From the NCBI GenBank assembly GCA_951406725.2, contig OX597830.1, positions 62,930,001 through 62,994,000 of the forward strand: DNA of 64,000 bases. Reading direction: 5' to 3'. The notes below the pieces were generated by a model, which saw only the letters and a list, made by a program, of their open reading frames with translations, did not search any database and had not been told where the DNA came from. A program made the position numbers and the translations under genes. The stretch comes from Octopus vulgaris (lineage: Eukaryota). Every line of letters begins with the position of its first letter. The stretch's first letter is position 1. Positions 51,256 to 64,000 of the stretch are shown here, piece after piece.

Positions 51256-52994
51256 TTAACGTATAACATCATAACCTATCGTCATCATCATCATCATCAT
51301 CATCATTTAATGCCCGTTGTCCATGCTGGCATTGGTTGGATGGTTTGACTGGGCTGATAAGCTGAGGGGCTACATCAGACTTGAGTTTGGTTTGGCCTGG
51401 TTTCTATGGCTGGATGCCCTTCCTAACGCCAACACTCTGAGAGTGCAATGGGTGCTTTTATGTGCCACCAGCCTGAGTACCAGTTGCGTGGCACCAGTAT
51501 CTTCCACAGCTACAGTTTCACTTGGCTTCATGGATCTTCCTCTCAAGCATGGCATCTCCGTGGTATTTAAACAGCTCGATTAGCACCACATCGTTAAACT
51601 CCAATACATAATTACAAAATGATAAATCCTTTTGGAATATAGTTGCTGGATCTAATTAACCCCGCTGATAGAACCAAAATATCAAAACATGTGGCCTTGT
51701 TCCTGCCTTGTCCTAACTCTTTAGAAACATCACCATCAGTGACATCTATTTATGCAAATGCACAATTGCACACTGGTGCTGTATTCTTGTCTTTTCAGCT
51801 TTCTGATGCATTTAATCCCCCAACTTAACTACAACACAAATACAGAGTTGTTTGGGTCTTTCTGTTTTTTGACTTTATTCTTTGTGAATAAATGGGGTTA
51901 AAAAATGGTAAGTGAATTGCATGTCGCTTTCTGTAGTGGTGAGAGTACAACACCCTCTGACGAGAATAGATGGGACCGCTACATATAAATAATAGCGGTC
52001 TGGTGTAGTGGGCAGTTTGTAGTTTGGTCTTTGAAGTTCAGGTACAGTTTATAGTTAGAGACAGTGTGTTGGAAAAAAGAGAAATATGCTTCCACACATG
52101 ACCAGAAAGAAGTGGGAAAGAGAATGGGAGAACATTAAAACGTCAGTCAGCATTGAATCAGCCGTTACCAAATAGGCAGCACCGAAACTATCATCATCAT
52201 CATCATTTAACATTTGCTTTCGATGCTGGCATGAGTTGGACGGTTTGACAGGGGCTGGCTAGGCAGAATGCACCAGGCTTCCCTATCTGTTTTGGCAATA
52301 TTTTTATGGTCGGATGCACTTCCTAACACCAACCACTCTGCAGAGTGGATGGAGTGCTTTTTACGTGGCACCAGCAGAGGTGAGGTCAGTTTTGGCATGT
52401 TTTTTTTTTTAGAGTTGGATGCCCTTCCAAATGCCAACCACATGGCACCAGCACTGATAGGGTCTCTGAGTAACTTCCAAGACAAAGATCCTCTGTTGGA
52501 TAACATGCTCTTGGGGTCAGTGTGTATCTTTGACCATAGGTTTCTTTTTAACCAAGGCTAACCTAGGGCTAAATAACAAGAATAGCAGCAATAGCTTGTT
52601 TTTATTTATTTTTTTTATGAATATTCACTGCACTTGCAGAGTCCCTTGCCCCTAACCATTCGCCTATCCAAGGCAATTTACATTCTGGATGGTCATGGTC
52701 ATGGTGGTGGTGACAGGGGGAGGAGGAGGACTGAAAAATAAACAGATGACAGCGATGCTCCAGCATGGCTGTAGCTCTGGAGCTGATACTAGTTAAAGAG
52801 TTACAGAGATGAGATGTTTTTAGCGGTTACCCTCTCCAGTTGTTAACACTCCCTTATCACTCCCTTCTGCTAGGGGACTAAACTGATTTACCTCCTCCCC
52901 CCATCCCCACCTACTACCTGTCATTTGTTTTACATTAAATCAATTCTTATCTAAGATGACAAATGACAACTTTCTCTTTGATATTTTTACCTCC

Positions 52995-53275
52995 AACCTC
53001 CACCCACTACAAGCAACACTACCACCACTACACAACTACAAACACCACCACCATCACCAACATCACTACCACCACAAACACCACCGCTGCCATTATCACA
53101 ATGGCTACCACCACCAACACCACTACCACTGCCATTATCACAACTGTAAACACTACCAATACCACCACCACCACCACAACAACCACCAACACCTCCACCA
53201 CCACAAATACCACCACAAACACCACTGCTATTGTAATCACAGTCCAACACCACCACCACCACTACCATCACCACT
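52995..53275. repeat. Degenerate (CAC/CAT/AAC)n trinucleotide tract
   Basis: Source of the poly-His/Thr ORFs. Confidence 0.9.
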
Positions 53276-53766
53276 TGACTTTTTACTGATAAAATATCTT
53301 TATCCTGACCTAGTTAACCCTTAACATTAGCTTTGCATCCTGGGGGGTGGTTTTATGGGGGCTGGAATTCATACTGTGAGATATACTTTCAATGGTTTTT
53401 ATTCATAAGAATTATTCCAGAAAATGTTATCTTTTCTTTTTTATTAGTTCTTTTTTTCATTTTTTTTTTGTCTTTTTCTACTTTTTTTGTCTTTTTCTAA
53501 TGCTACTTAAAGACTTTTCCACCCACCTCTCAGATTAAAGAAGGATTCCCAGGAGCTCCATTGAGCAAAATATCTTTTATCATTCTTTAATTTTTCTCAA
53601 ACCCTAGGAACAAAAAGACCAGTTTACCTGGTTTCTTTGGCATAAAAGTAATTAAGATCACAACATTTCCCCTGAATGGGATGCTGGTTTTGTTGAAGGG
53701 TTCAAGGCCAGTAATTTTGAGGGGAAGGGACAAGTCATTATCATCATCATCATCACCATTATTTAA

Positions 53767-53986
53767 CCCTTTCATTACTAACCTGGCTGAAACCAATTCT
53801 GGATCTGTAGTACAAATGTCTTGTTTTCATAAGTTTTAAATTAAAATCTTCCACTAAACTTTAGTCACAATTTATGTTCCTAACATTAGCTAAATGATAA
53901 CTAAGTTATTTTACTAAATTCTTTGTTATATTTAAAGTAATTGATAAAACACAGAGCATCTCAACAGAAATATGGTAACAAAAGGG
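53767..53986. mobile_element. piggyBac-like TTAA MITE, family 1 (followed by a truncated copy at ~54007-54143)
   Basis: TTAA|CCCTTTCATTAC...GTAACAAAAGGG|TTAA; body nearly identical to the 55588 copy. Confidence 0.8.
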
Positions 53987-54437
53987 TTAACAAATGATTA
54001 ATTTAACCCTTTCAACTCGTCTGAAACCGGCTCTGGCTCTGTAGTACAAATGTCTTGTTTTCAAAAGTTCTGAATTAAAATCTTCCACCAAACCTTAGTC
54101 GCAATTTATGTTCGTAACACTAGCTGAATGACATTTTACTAAACTGATTATATCAACCCCAGGGCTGAACTGGTACTTATTTTATCATCCCTGAAAGAAT
54201 GAGAAGCAAAGTCAACCTTAGCACAGAATTTGAACTCAGAACGTAAAGATCATCATCACCTCCACCTTCACCTCCTCCTCCCCTCCTCCTCTTGTTGTTG
54301 TTCCAACAAGGCCAGCTTTGCTTTTCATCCTTTTGGGGTTGATAAATTAAGTACCAGTGAAGCACTGGGGGGGTCAATGTAATTGACTAGTCCCCTTGTG
54401 CCTATGGTAGAATAGATTATTATTATTATTATTATTA

Positions 54438-54477
<40 letters not shown>

Positions 54478-55587
54478 GGTGGCAAACTGACAGAATTGTT
54501 AGTATGCCGGATAAAATGCTTAGCATTTTATGTTCTGAGTTCAAATACTACCAAAGTCAAAACCTTGCCTCTTTCAAGTACCAGTTGAGCATTGGGGTTA
54601 ATGTAATCAACTTTTCCCTGCCCCGAGTTTACTGACCTTGTGCCAAAATTTGAAATCATTATTAAGGCAGCAAGTTGGCAGAAACATTACTGCATCAGCC
54701 AAAAAGGCTTAGTGACATTTCGTCCAGCTCTTTACATTCCTGAGTTCAAATTCCACTGAGGTCAACTTTAGCTTTCATCCTTCCGGAGTCCATAAAATAG
54801 TATACCAGTCAAGTACTGGGATTGATGTAATCATCTAAACCCTGCCCCTAACATTGTTGTCTTTGTGCCAAAATTGAGGCTATTAAAAGTGGTGAGCTGG
54901 CAGAGTTGTTAGTGTATGTCCTACAAAATACTTAAAGGCATTTCATTTAACTTCTTAACACTCAGAGTTGAAATACTGCATGAGGTCAATTCTGCCTTTC
55001 ATTCTGGAGTTAATAAAAATGATCTACCAGTCTAATGATTGGGCTGATATAATGGCTTGTTCCTAGTGTCTGTCCCCCAACACACACACAAAATTTAGGC
55101 TTTGTGTCTGTGTAAGATATTGGAGTAATAGGATTGTTTGAGCATTGGGCCAAAATGCCTGAGGCTATTTTAATACTTTTCATACCAGCCTACTTGAGAC
55201 CACCCTTGGTTCTATGATGCAAACCTCCTAGTTTAACCTCTTAACATATCCCGTATATTTTTGTCCAAAGTTCACTAGTAAATATATATTTGAAGGAAAA
55301 TATATGTTCACTGTACCCTGGGGTATCTGTCACTTATTTCTAACCCAAAATACTTTGTTCATGATATTATTCCTCTTTTCTATCAGTAACTTCATAATAA
55401 ATCGTAACTGATCCAAAATAATTTATGTACTTATTCTTCCTTATATACAGATACACAATAAATGATGAAAAGAAAATTTTTTTTTTGCATGGAAATTGAA
55501 AGAAAATGTCTTTTAAGAGGTCAAAATGATCTAAATTAAAACCTCCCGTCAGAATTTCATGTTAATTTGTTTCAAGCACCAGCTTAA

Positions 55588-55798
55588 CCCTTTCCTTACC
55601 AACCCGGCTGAAACCAGCTCTGGTTCTGAGTACAATTGTCTTGTTTTCAAAAGTTCTGAATTAAGATCTTCCACCAAACCTTAGTCACAATTTATGTTCC
55701 TAACACTAGCTTAATGATATTTTACTAAATTCTTTGTTATATTTAAAATAATTGAAAGAATCACAGGGCATCTCATAATAAATACAGTAACGAAAGGG
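55588..55798. mobile_element. piggyBac-like TTAA MITE, family 1
   Basis: TTAA|CCCTTTCCTTAC...GTAACGAAAGGG|TTAA, nested inside an older related element. Confidence 0.82.
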
Positions 55799-56134
55799 TT
55801 AATAATGGTTTAAGGTTTTGGTACAAGGCCAGGAATTTCAGGAGTGGGGATAGGTCAATTATATTGACTCCAGTGCTCAACTGGTACTTATTTTATTGAC
55901 CCCGGATAGATGAAAAACAAAGTCAACTTCAGTGGAATTTGAACTCTGAAGATAAAAACTGACAAAATGTCGTTAAGCATTTTGCTAACAATTCTGCCAG
56001 CTCACTGCCTGAAACACCAGCTTTATACTGATGAAATCATTTTACTAAATTCTTCACTATTTTCAAAATTAACTCCTACAAAGACATTGCATTCCAACAG
56101 AAGTATAGTAACGAAAGGGTTAATGTTAGCACCT

Positions 56135-56500
56135 TAAGCACCTTTTTGAACTCCATGTGTCTAACCCACGTGGGCGTGCCTACAAAGTCAGAAAACTGCA
56201 CAGCTCCCATGACTTTTGGAAACATGTTTTTACACTCAAAGTTGCTGAAGCATGGAACAAATTACCTGCATCAGTTGTTAGTTGCCAAGACATTGCATCC
56301 TTTAAAACTGCCATGCTTCCTCAAATTTGCCAACACTACACCTGATATCCCCCCCCCTCCATACACATACACACAGGTATATCATGACTCTTACACTGTT
56401 CACTTACCTGACTTTTGTACATAATTCTATGTACTGTACATGCACCTTTGATGAGTTGTAGTGCACCTGAGTATAATACACGATAATTTCATTATTTTCA
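56135..56500 (+). mobile_element. CR1-clade LINE 3' end
   Basis: ORF 56157-56345 (RGRAYKV...FWKHVFTLKVAEAWNKLPASVVSCQDIASFKTAM) matches the CR1 ORF2 C-terminal RGHxxKL...RxxFFxxRVxxxWNxLPxxVV...FKxxL pattern, followed by a short 3' UTR. Confidence 0.8.
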
Positions 56501-56856
56501 TTAGCCGTTTCAAGGACATACATTATATACAACTCAAGTTGACAATGGTAGGAATTGAACCCCTAACCTCCTAATTTATTTGTCTACCACCATCCGTTAC
56601 CTCTAACTTTTCTTCCCTCAACATATGCTTGTTATTGTTATTAATTAATTTACATATAATGAACAACTTCAACAATGTGGCTTACATATGTGTGTATATG
56701 TGTATGCATATTCGTGTGTAACTATATATGGATATACATGTATGTATATATATATGTGTGTGTGTAAATATGTCTATAACTATGTAAGTGTGTGAGTGTG
56801 TGTGTATAACTACGTAACTGACTCTAAAGAATATGTGCTTCTCTGTCTTTGTGTAG

Positions 56857-56928
56857 GTATCAGCTGAGTTTCAAAGAGATCCTTACATATGAAAATGCTG
56901 ACCCGGATGATAATGAAATGCTTGAAAA
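56857..56928 (+). CDS. PDK: Pyruvate dehydrogenase kinase, next coding exon (vertebrate exon 3 equivalent)
   Basis: Acceptor cttctctgtctttgtgtag|G and donor AA|gtaagt; 72 nt, phase 2/2. Its first G completes the TGG (W) begun at 22075-22076. Translates (W)YQLSFKEILTYENADPDDNEMLE(x), matching the PDK WYxxSFxExLxF/Y segment. Confidence 0.9.
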
Positions 56929-56967
56929 GTAAGTATGACGTTTGGTTTTGATTAACATTGAACACAT

Positions 56968-56999
<32 letters not shown>

Positions 57000-57079
57000 C
57001 CATCCATACATACATGTATAAACATAGATACCACACATACACAAACGTACAGATGTATAAACATGAGTTCACACATCGT

Positions 57080-57113
<34 letters not shown>

Positions 57114-57403
57114 TCTCATGTCTCATTGTTTCCACATTAAAATTACTCCCTCCATACACAACCAACTTCTCTTTTGCACCATTCAGTCTCTTTACTTCTC
57201 TCTCCCTCTCTCTTTCTTCCACACACTCACACATCTGCATGCATTTATATATACACTTCCATGTAACACACACGCGTGCGCAGATACATGGCTGGGTAGC
57301 CATGTATCTGCTCTCATTCTTGATCACTCTATCTCCTTCTCTTGTTTTTCCTCTAGGTAACCAAGTATCTCCTTTACATCATCATCAGTACACCTGTTTC
57401 TGT

Positions 57404-57439
<36 letters not shown>

Positions 57440-57927
57440 GTAACCATGTACCTCCTCTACAGCAAGACACCTGTTTCTGTCTCTCTGTCACACTCTAACT
57501 TTTCATCTTCTGACACAAGATCCCCTCCTCCAATGCCCCCACCCCCACCCACCGCCACTCTCAAAATTCCTTGTTTTGCAAGTTATGATGTGACCCTTAT
57601 GGTGCTGGTACCACAGAAAAGTATCCAACCCACACTGTAAAATGGTTGGCATTTGGAAGGGCATCCAGCTGTAGAAACCATGCCAAGACTGACCTCCCCT
57701 ATGCTGGTGCCACATAAGCACTCTGTCCACTCTGTAGAGTGGTCAGTATTAGGAAGGGCATCCAGCCATAGAAACCCTGCCAAAACAAAAACAGTAGCCT
57801 GGAGTAGTCTTGTACCTGGCTGGTCCCTGTCAACTATCTTACTCATGCAAGCATGACAGACAGATGTTATACGACGATGATAATGATATATGTATAGATA
57901 TATAGATATATGGATATACACATTCAC

Positions 57928-57968
<41 letters not shown>

Positions 57969-59332
57969 TAATCAAGAGGATTTACTACTTGTCAGACACC
58001 CTAGTATATACCAACAATGTACAATTCAATGTAACACATGCTTTGCACCAGCCTCTAGGTGCTAGATATTCATAGGGTTGGTTTTCTCTGTGTACACACC
58101 AAAATATCCTATTCGATACTTACCAACCATAAGCTGGAACCACAGCTTTATCCAACCTTACCTGATATGTCCCTACCTGGGGCATATCTTTCCAAGTACC
58201 TGATTCTATCTGAATCCTTATTTTATATATATACATGACGGGATTCTTTCAGTTTCCATCTACCAAATCCACTCACAAGGCTTTGGTCAACCCAAGGTGC
58301 CAAGCAGTGGGACTGAACCCGGAACCATATGGTTGGTACACAAGCCACTTATCACACAGCCACTACTGTGCCTAATATATATATATATTCTTTATTGCCC
58401 ACAAGGAGCTAAACATAGAGGAGACAAACAAGGACAGACAAAAGAATTAAGTCGATTACATCGACCCCAGTGTGTAACTGGTACTTTATGTTTTCGACCC
58501 CGAAAGGATGAAAGGCAAAGTCGACCTCGGCGGAATTTGAACTCAAAACGTAGCGGCAGACGAAATACTGCTAAGCATTTCGCCCGGCGTGCTAACGATT
58601 CTGCCAGCTTGCCACCTTATATATATAGGCGCAGGAGTGGCTATGTGGTAAGAAGCTTGCTTCCCAACTACAATGCTTTGGGTTCAGTCATACTGCATGG
58701 CACCTTTAGGTTCAGTCGCACTGCATGGCACCTTGGGCTGACCAAAACCTTGTGAGTGGGTTTGGTAGACGGAAACTGAAAGAAGCCCGTCGTATATATA
58801 TATGTGTGTGTATGTATGTATATATTTGTGTGTTTACGACCCCGTAACTTAGTGGTTCAGCAACAAAAACCGATAGAATAATTACTAGGCTTACAAAGAA
58901 TAAGTCCTAGGGTCGATTTGTTCGACTAAAGGCGGTGCTCCAGCATGATCACAGTCAAATGACTGAAACAAGTAAAAGAATATATACATATATACTGTTC
59001 TTATTTTGCAAATGGACGGCTTCACCTGCTTGTTAGACGTACTGCTTAAGGGGACAGTATATAATTACTAGTAGTATATGAATTCTTGGCCATATGGTTG
59101 GTTATCTGAAGCCATTAGCATTCAGTCATGTGTTTTTCATATGAAACTATATGGAACAGGAATGCCCCTGGTGTTAAATCTATTTCACCGGGCCTGATCT
59201 GGGGTAAACAACAACAAAAAGATTGCCTCCTCTTCTCTTATTTCACGGTCAGCTGATCAACAGAAAGAAGGGCATCGGTCAACAGAGCTGGTCTTAATTT
59301 GGCATCTGGTAACTAGGATACATGCTCTATTG

Positions 59333-59532
59333 CAGGGATTCTCAATTGCAGTTCCCGGGGCTGCATGTTACCCTTGAGCATCCTTCCAGCAGCCCCTGAC
59401 AGTCTTCCCTCTATAAATATAATAAATTTTTCTTTAATTGACTTGCGTTTTATTTATTTACTTTTGTGAAGCCCCCTACAAAAATCCAGGGTTTGAATCC
59501 TTCCTGGATATTAAAAAGTTTGAGAACCATTG
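59333..59532. mobile_element. hAT (Charlie-like) MITE
   Basis: TIRs CAGGGATTCTCAA / TTGAGAACCATTG. Flanks CTCTATTG and CTCTAGAG match at 6 of 8 positions and fit the NTCTAGAN target preference. Confidence 0.7.
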
Positions 59533-59914
59533 CTCTAGAGGCAAATGTTATTTCAGTAAATCAATAATTTTTATTGTATGATATTTAATATACCTGTATT
59601 TGCCTATGTTGTTCAAATACATGCCACTGGTCACTCTGAATTATTTCTCTTGTTTTATTTTTATTAAATTATGCAAATTACCTAGGCCATAAATTTTTTC
59701 TGCTTTTTTTATATATAAGTCCAAGTATTTTGGCTGCTGGAGACAAGGTTGAACAATTGTCATGCTGATGACAGTTATTGAGCCTGAAACGTGTGCCCAC
59801 AACAGTCCCCTTAGTCCTTTTCTTCAATGGTATGTCATCTCTGGAGAATTCTTGATGCTTAAGTGTGTCTCCTCTTCTCATATAGAGCTGGATTTAATGG
59901 CCTTTTAATTATAT

Positions 59915-60243
59915 GTGAAGGTGCTTGGCTTAGTAGTTAGGTTAAAGGCTCATGATCATAATGTCATGAGTTCAATTCCTGGTGATGCCCTGGCCCTGTG
60001 TCCTTGAACAAGACACTTTATTTCACGTTGCTCCAATAAACTCAGCTGGCAAAGATGAGTTGAACCTGTGTTTCAAAGGGCCAGCCTTGTCACTCTCTGT
60101 GCCGTGCTGAATCTCCCTGAGAACTACATTAAGGGCACACATATCTGTAAAGTGCTCAGCCACATGAACGTTAATTTCAGGAGCGGGCTGTTCCATTTAC
60201 CAGTTCAACTGGAACCCTCGTAATTGTAATCAATAGAGTCCCA
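59915..60243 (+). mobile_element. CORE-type SINE family D (same head as C, different tail)
   Basis: tRNA head plus TGTGTCCTTGAACAAGACACTT plus tail GAATCTCCCTGAGAACTAC; second copy at 7233-7538. Confidence 0.78.
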
Positions 60244-62243
60244 ATTACAATACATCCTTTACAGATGGAGATGATTTTAATAAATCAATAATTTATATTG
60301 TATGATATTTACTATACCTAGATTTGTTGTTCATATACCCCCTGGCTGATCCGAGCTGTTTCTCTTCGATCATTTTTGTTTAATTTATGTAAATATAACT
60401 GCTTCAACAAAAGGGAAAAAAAAGAAGAAAGAAATGGATGTAAAATGCTATAAAAAGCAGAGCAAAACTTAGGAATTTCGTCCAGTCATGACTTCAGAAG
60501 CTTGTTTAGTTCCGTTCCTTTAGGCTAGTTTAGCCAACAAAATAGTTTTCCTGTCTAGTTCCATGTTTTTATTTATAGGTAACTAGTGAAATATTTTCCT
60601 GTCTAGTTGTGTTATTTTTTTTATAGTTAACCAATAACTCATAGATTCTATTAAGTGTGTTGAAAATGTTTTGGCAAGAAATACTGATAGCCACATTCTT
60701 TTTTTTTATGTTAAATGCCAAAAATGTTGAAAATCTTGTAGTTGTTATTGAAATATCATCAAAGAACTGGAATCAAAAACCATGAAAAAATTGATTAAAA
60801 AAAAAGCAAAAGACAAAGGAACTTTCTTTTTTAACCCCTCTTCGAAAGTAGACCCTATTGATATTGTTATAATATTGGTTTCAAATTTTGGCACATGGCC
60901 AACAATTTTGGGGGTGAGCAATAATCAACCCCAGTACTTAACTGGTACTTATTTTATCAACCCCGAAAGAATGAAAGGTAAAGACAACTTTGGCAGAATT
61001 TGAACTTAGACCATACAGACAGATGTAATGCTTCTAAGCATTTTGCCTGGCGTGCTAACAACTCTGCCAGCTTGACATCTAAATGATTATTAATTCAATC
61101 ATCAAGCCTCTAATTTAATTAATGAAATTTAAGACTCATCAAAACTATATGTTCACTTTCCACTTCAGTGGGGGCACAAAGACCTTAACATTTTCATCAG
61201 CAAAAGAAAAGAGGTTTTGTGACGTTCATTTATATTTCTAGGCTATGAGTGAGTGGCATAAGTATCCTCCTCCTCCTCCTCCTCATCATCATCATCATCA
61301 TCATCATCCACTTCTCCATGCTGGTATGAGTTAGACATGATTTGTTGAGGCAGGTTTACAATAGCTGGATGCCCTTCATGTCACCAACCTTTCACCTGTT
61401 TCCAAGCAAGGTAATATTGTCCCCCTGGCCAGACATGTTTTCATGGAAAACTGGAAATGAACAACACTGCGTGTATGACAGTGACACTCACTTACAACCA
61501 TCACATGATATCAGGACCAACTTCTGCTCACAAGGTTTTGGTCAGTCTGAGGCTATGGCAGGAGGAACTTGCCCAAGGTACCATACAGTGGGACTGAACC
61601 CCAAACCATAAGACTGGGAAGCAAACTTCTTCGCCACACAGCCACTCCTTCTTCCACATACAAAGTGAAGTGACATAAATTTAAACCAGGAATCAAAAAC
61701 CTCATTACAAATTCCACAGTCCAAGAGTTATGCCACAACACTTGTCGTTGTCATCATCATCATCCACTTCTCCATGCTGGTATGATTTAGACATGATTTG
61801 TTGAGGCAGGTTTTCAATAGCTGGATGTCCTTCATGTCACCAACCTTCACCTGTTTCCAAGCAAGGTAATATTCCCCCATGGAAAACTGGCAATGAACAA
61901 GCCTTTTATTGATGCCTTCACACTTTCAACTCTTCTTTCTGTTTTCCCTTTTATTTCAAGAACTCTTTCAATTGATTATCAATTCCTCTCATAACCTGAC
62001 ATTAAAATAATCTGATTTTTTATCTTCATCACGACTGCTATCATTGACATTTTGTCTTTGCTGTTATTTCATTTGTTGGACTTGGGTGGAAGGGGAAGTG
62101 GCCCATAATTAACCCTGTTTCACTATTCTCACCTCACTAATGATACTCCTTTTTCTTTTTATTTGTCTCTCCCCCCACACCGTTTAAAAATCAGCTGATG
62201 AACAGTGTGTGTATGTCTGTGTATTTGTCTATGTATACATCTA

Positions 62244-62276
<33 letters not shown>

Positions 62277-63071
62277 GTGCTTACATGTGCGTGTGTGTGT
62301 GTATAAGATGGTTTAGGAAGGCAGTTTAGGCAAGATGGTTTAGGAGGACCGTATAGGCTAGACATATAGGCAACATGGTTTAGAAAAGGGATATATATAA
62401 AGATAGTATAAGCAAGATGGTTTAGGAGGGCAGTGTAAGCAAGACAGCAGTGTAAGCAAGACTGTATTCAGATTACTCTGTCAAATGCAGTGCTTATTTA
62501 TTCAAATTGCTTTGAATTGACCATGCATTATCTCATAGCTTTGAAGTTAAGATGATGTGTGATTGTTTATTTTTGAATCACATTGCAGGATAGGTGTGAG
62601 AGGCTGGGTCTGGCCAGTTTGAACTGAAAAATATCTGGGCTGGCTATGGCTGGTTTGAATGCTAAAGGGTTAAAAGGAAACTGGCTCTTCCCTCTTACTT
62701 GTACTAATTTTTAATTAACTTTGGAAAAAATGAAAAAACACTAAGCCAGCTCTCTTGCATTTACCCAGAGGGATTTTAACTCAAGCAGGCTTGTAAAAGG
62801 ATGGAACTGAATACCACTAGGCATTCTTCCTGGTATTCTACCAATCCATCTGAAAATGCCACTCGGCATTTTCTCTGATGATCTACCGATTCTGCTAATC
62901 CAAGTGATATTTCACCAATTCTAACAATTTCAGCTGATAATAATAATTGGTTCCTTTTGCAAGGCGACCATCTCGTTTCATTTAATTAATTTCGCAGACA
63001 AGATATATTTCTTTGTGATATTTATAGATTCTATATTTATTCCAGCCCAATATGGTGGCAGCAATTTTTTT

Positions 63072-63131
<60 letters not shown>

Positions 63132-64000
63132 AGAGAGAGACATTCTAACAAAGTCTGATTTTCACATGAGAGAATTTGATTGATTACAGTATTTATCTAT
63201 CTATACACAATTTTACAAACTCTGAGCTATATATATAAAATTTCATTTTCTTTATATGCCATCTTTTTCATCATTGTGTGTGTGTGGAACCTGAATGTTA
63301 AATGATGATGTTGTTATATCTGTGTATGTGTGTAAAACAATAAAATGAATGACAGCTGACACAATTAAACTTGGAGTTATTTGGGTAAATTTTCTAGGTT
63401 TTGATTTTTTTTTAAGGAGCAACACAAATTATGTTTAGAACGTTGCTTTTTATAGAAATACCTATGGCCATTGAAACTGGTTCAAAGATATTGTAACATC
63501 TTAAGTTATATCAAAATTCTTCAGGTTTAGAAAACCCAGGTATAAAAAGAGTAAGACTGTTGTGTAGGTTTAGGAAATTGTAAAATATAATCCAAACAAG
63601 AAGATAACAAAATTACTTTAACACATCTTCAATAATCAGTTACAAATGTTTCTGTACCAATTCTGCTTTCAGTGCCAGTTCATGCTAAAAATACCAAGTG
63701 AATATTTAGGCTTTAAACATTAGAGTGGCACTTCTTCAGACCTGCATCTTGGCGAAATGATTATTTCAATAGGAAGATAACATCTGAATGATATTTACAC
63801 TAGGCTGTGTGGTAAGTAGCTTGCTTACGAACCACATGGTTCCGAGTTCAAGTCCCACTGCGTGGCACCTTGCGCAAGTGCCTTCTACTATAGCCTCAGG
63901 CCGACCAAAGCCTTGTGAGTGGATTTGGTAGACGGAAACTGAAAGAAGCCTGTTGTATATGTGTGCATATATATATGTATGTATGTGTGTGTATATGTTT

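Noticed and set aside
52956-53324. His-rich and Thr-rich (mucin-like) ORFs
   Set aside because: Degenerate CAC/CAT repeat, with no splice or homology support.
56929-64000. Search for PDK exon 4 (IRNRHxxVV motif)
   Set aside because: Not found; it presumably lies beyond the window.

Overview
AT-rich, repeat-dense eukaryotic DNA. The SINE families and microsatellite load look like a coleoid cephalopod, most likely Octopus (inferred from repeat content). Almost all listed ORFs are microsatellite or SINE artefacts. The only well-supported coding sequence is two + strand exons of a mitochondrial pyruvate dehydrogenase kinase (PDK) gene, at 21935-22076 and 56857-56928, separated by a 34,780-bp intron. 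No canonical exon 1 or exon 4 was recognised. The rest is several tRNA-derived SINE families, a (GAT)n-tailed retroelement family, a non-autonomous Helitron, a Tc1 remnant, hAT- and piggyBac-type MITEs, RTE and CR1 LINE remnants, and simple repeats. Three unexplained structures stand out. (1) A ~400-nt foldback element at 10122-10525 has a type I hammerhead ribozyme motif at the tip of the hairpin. (2) At least five further minimal hammerhead motifs from different families carry non-canonical core or stem-II positions, several in Penelope-like direct/inverted repeat arrangements. (3) A ~1.4-kb degenerate palindrome at 8090-9499 has only a 12-nt loop. All alignments and folds were done by eye, and repeat boundaries are approximate.
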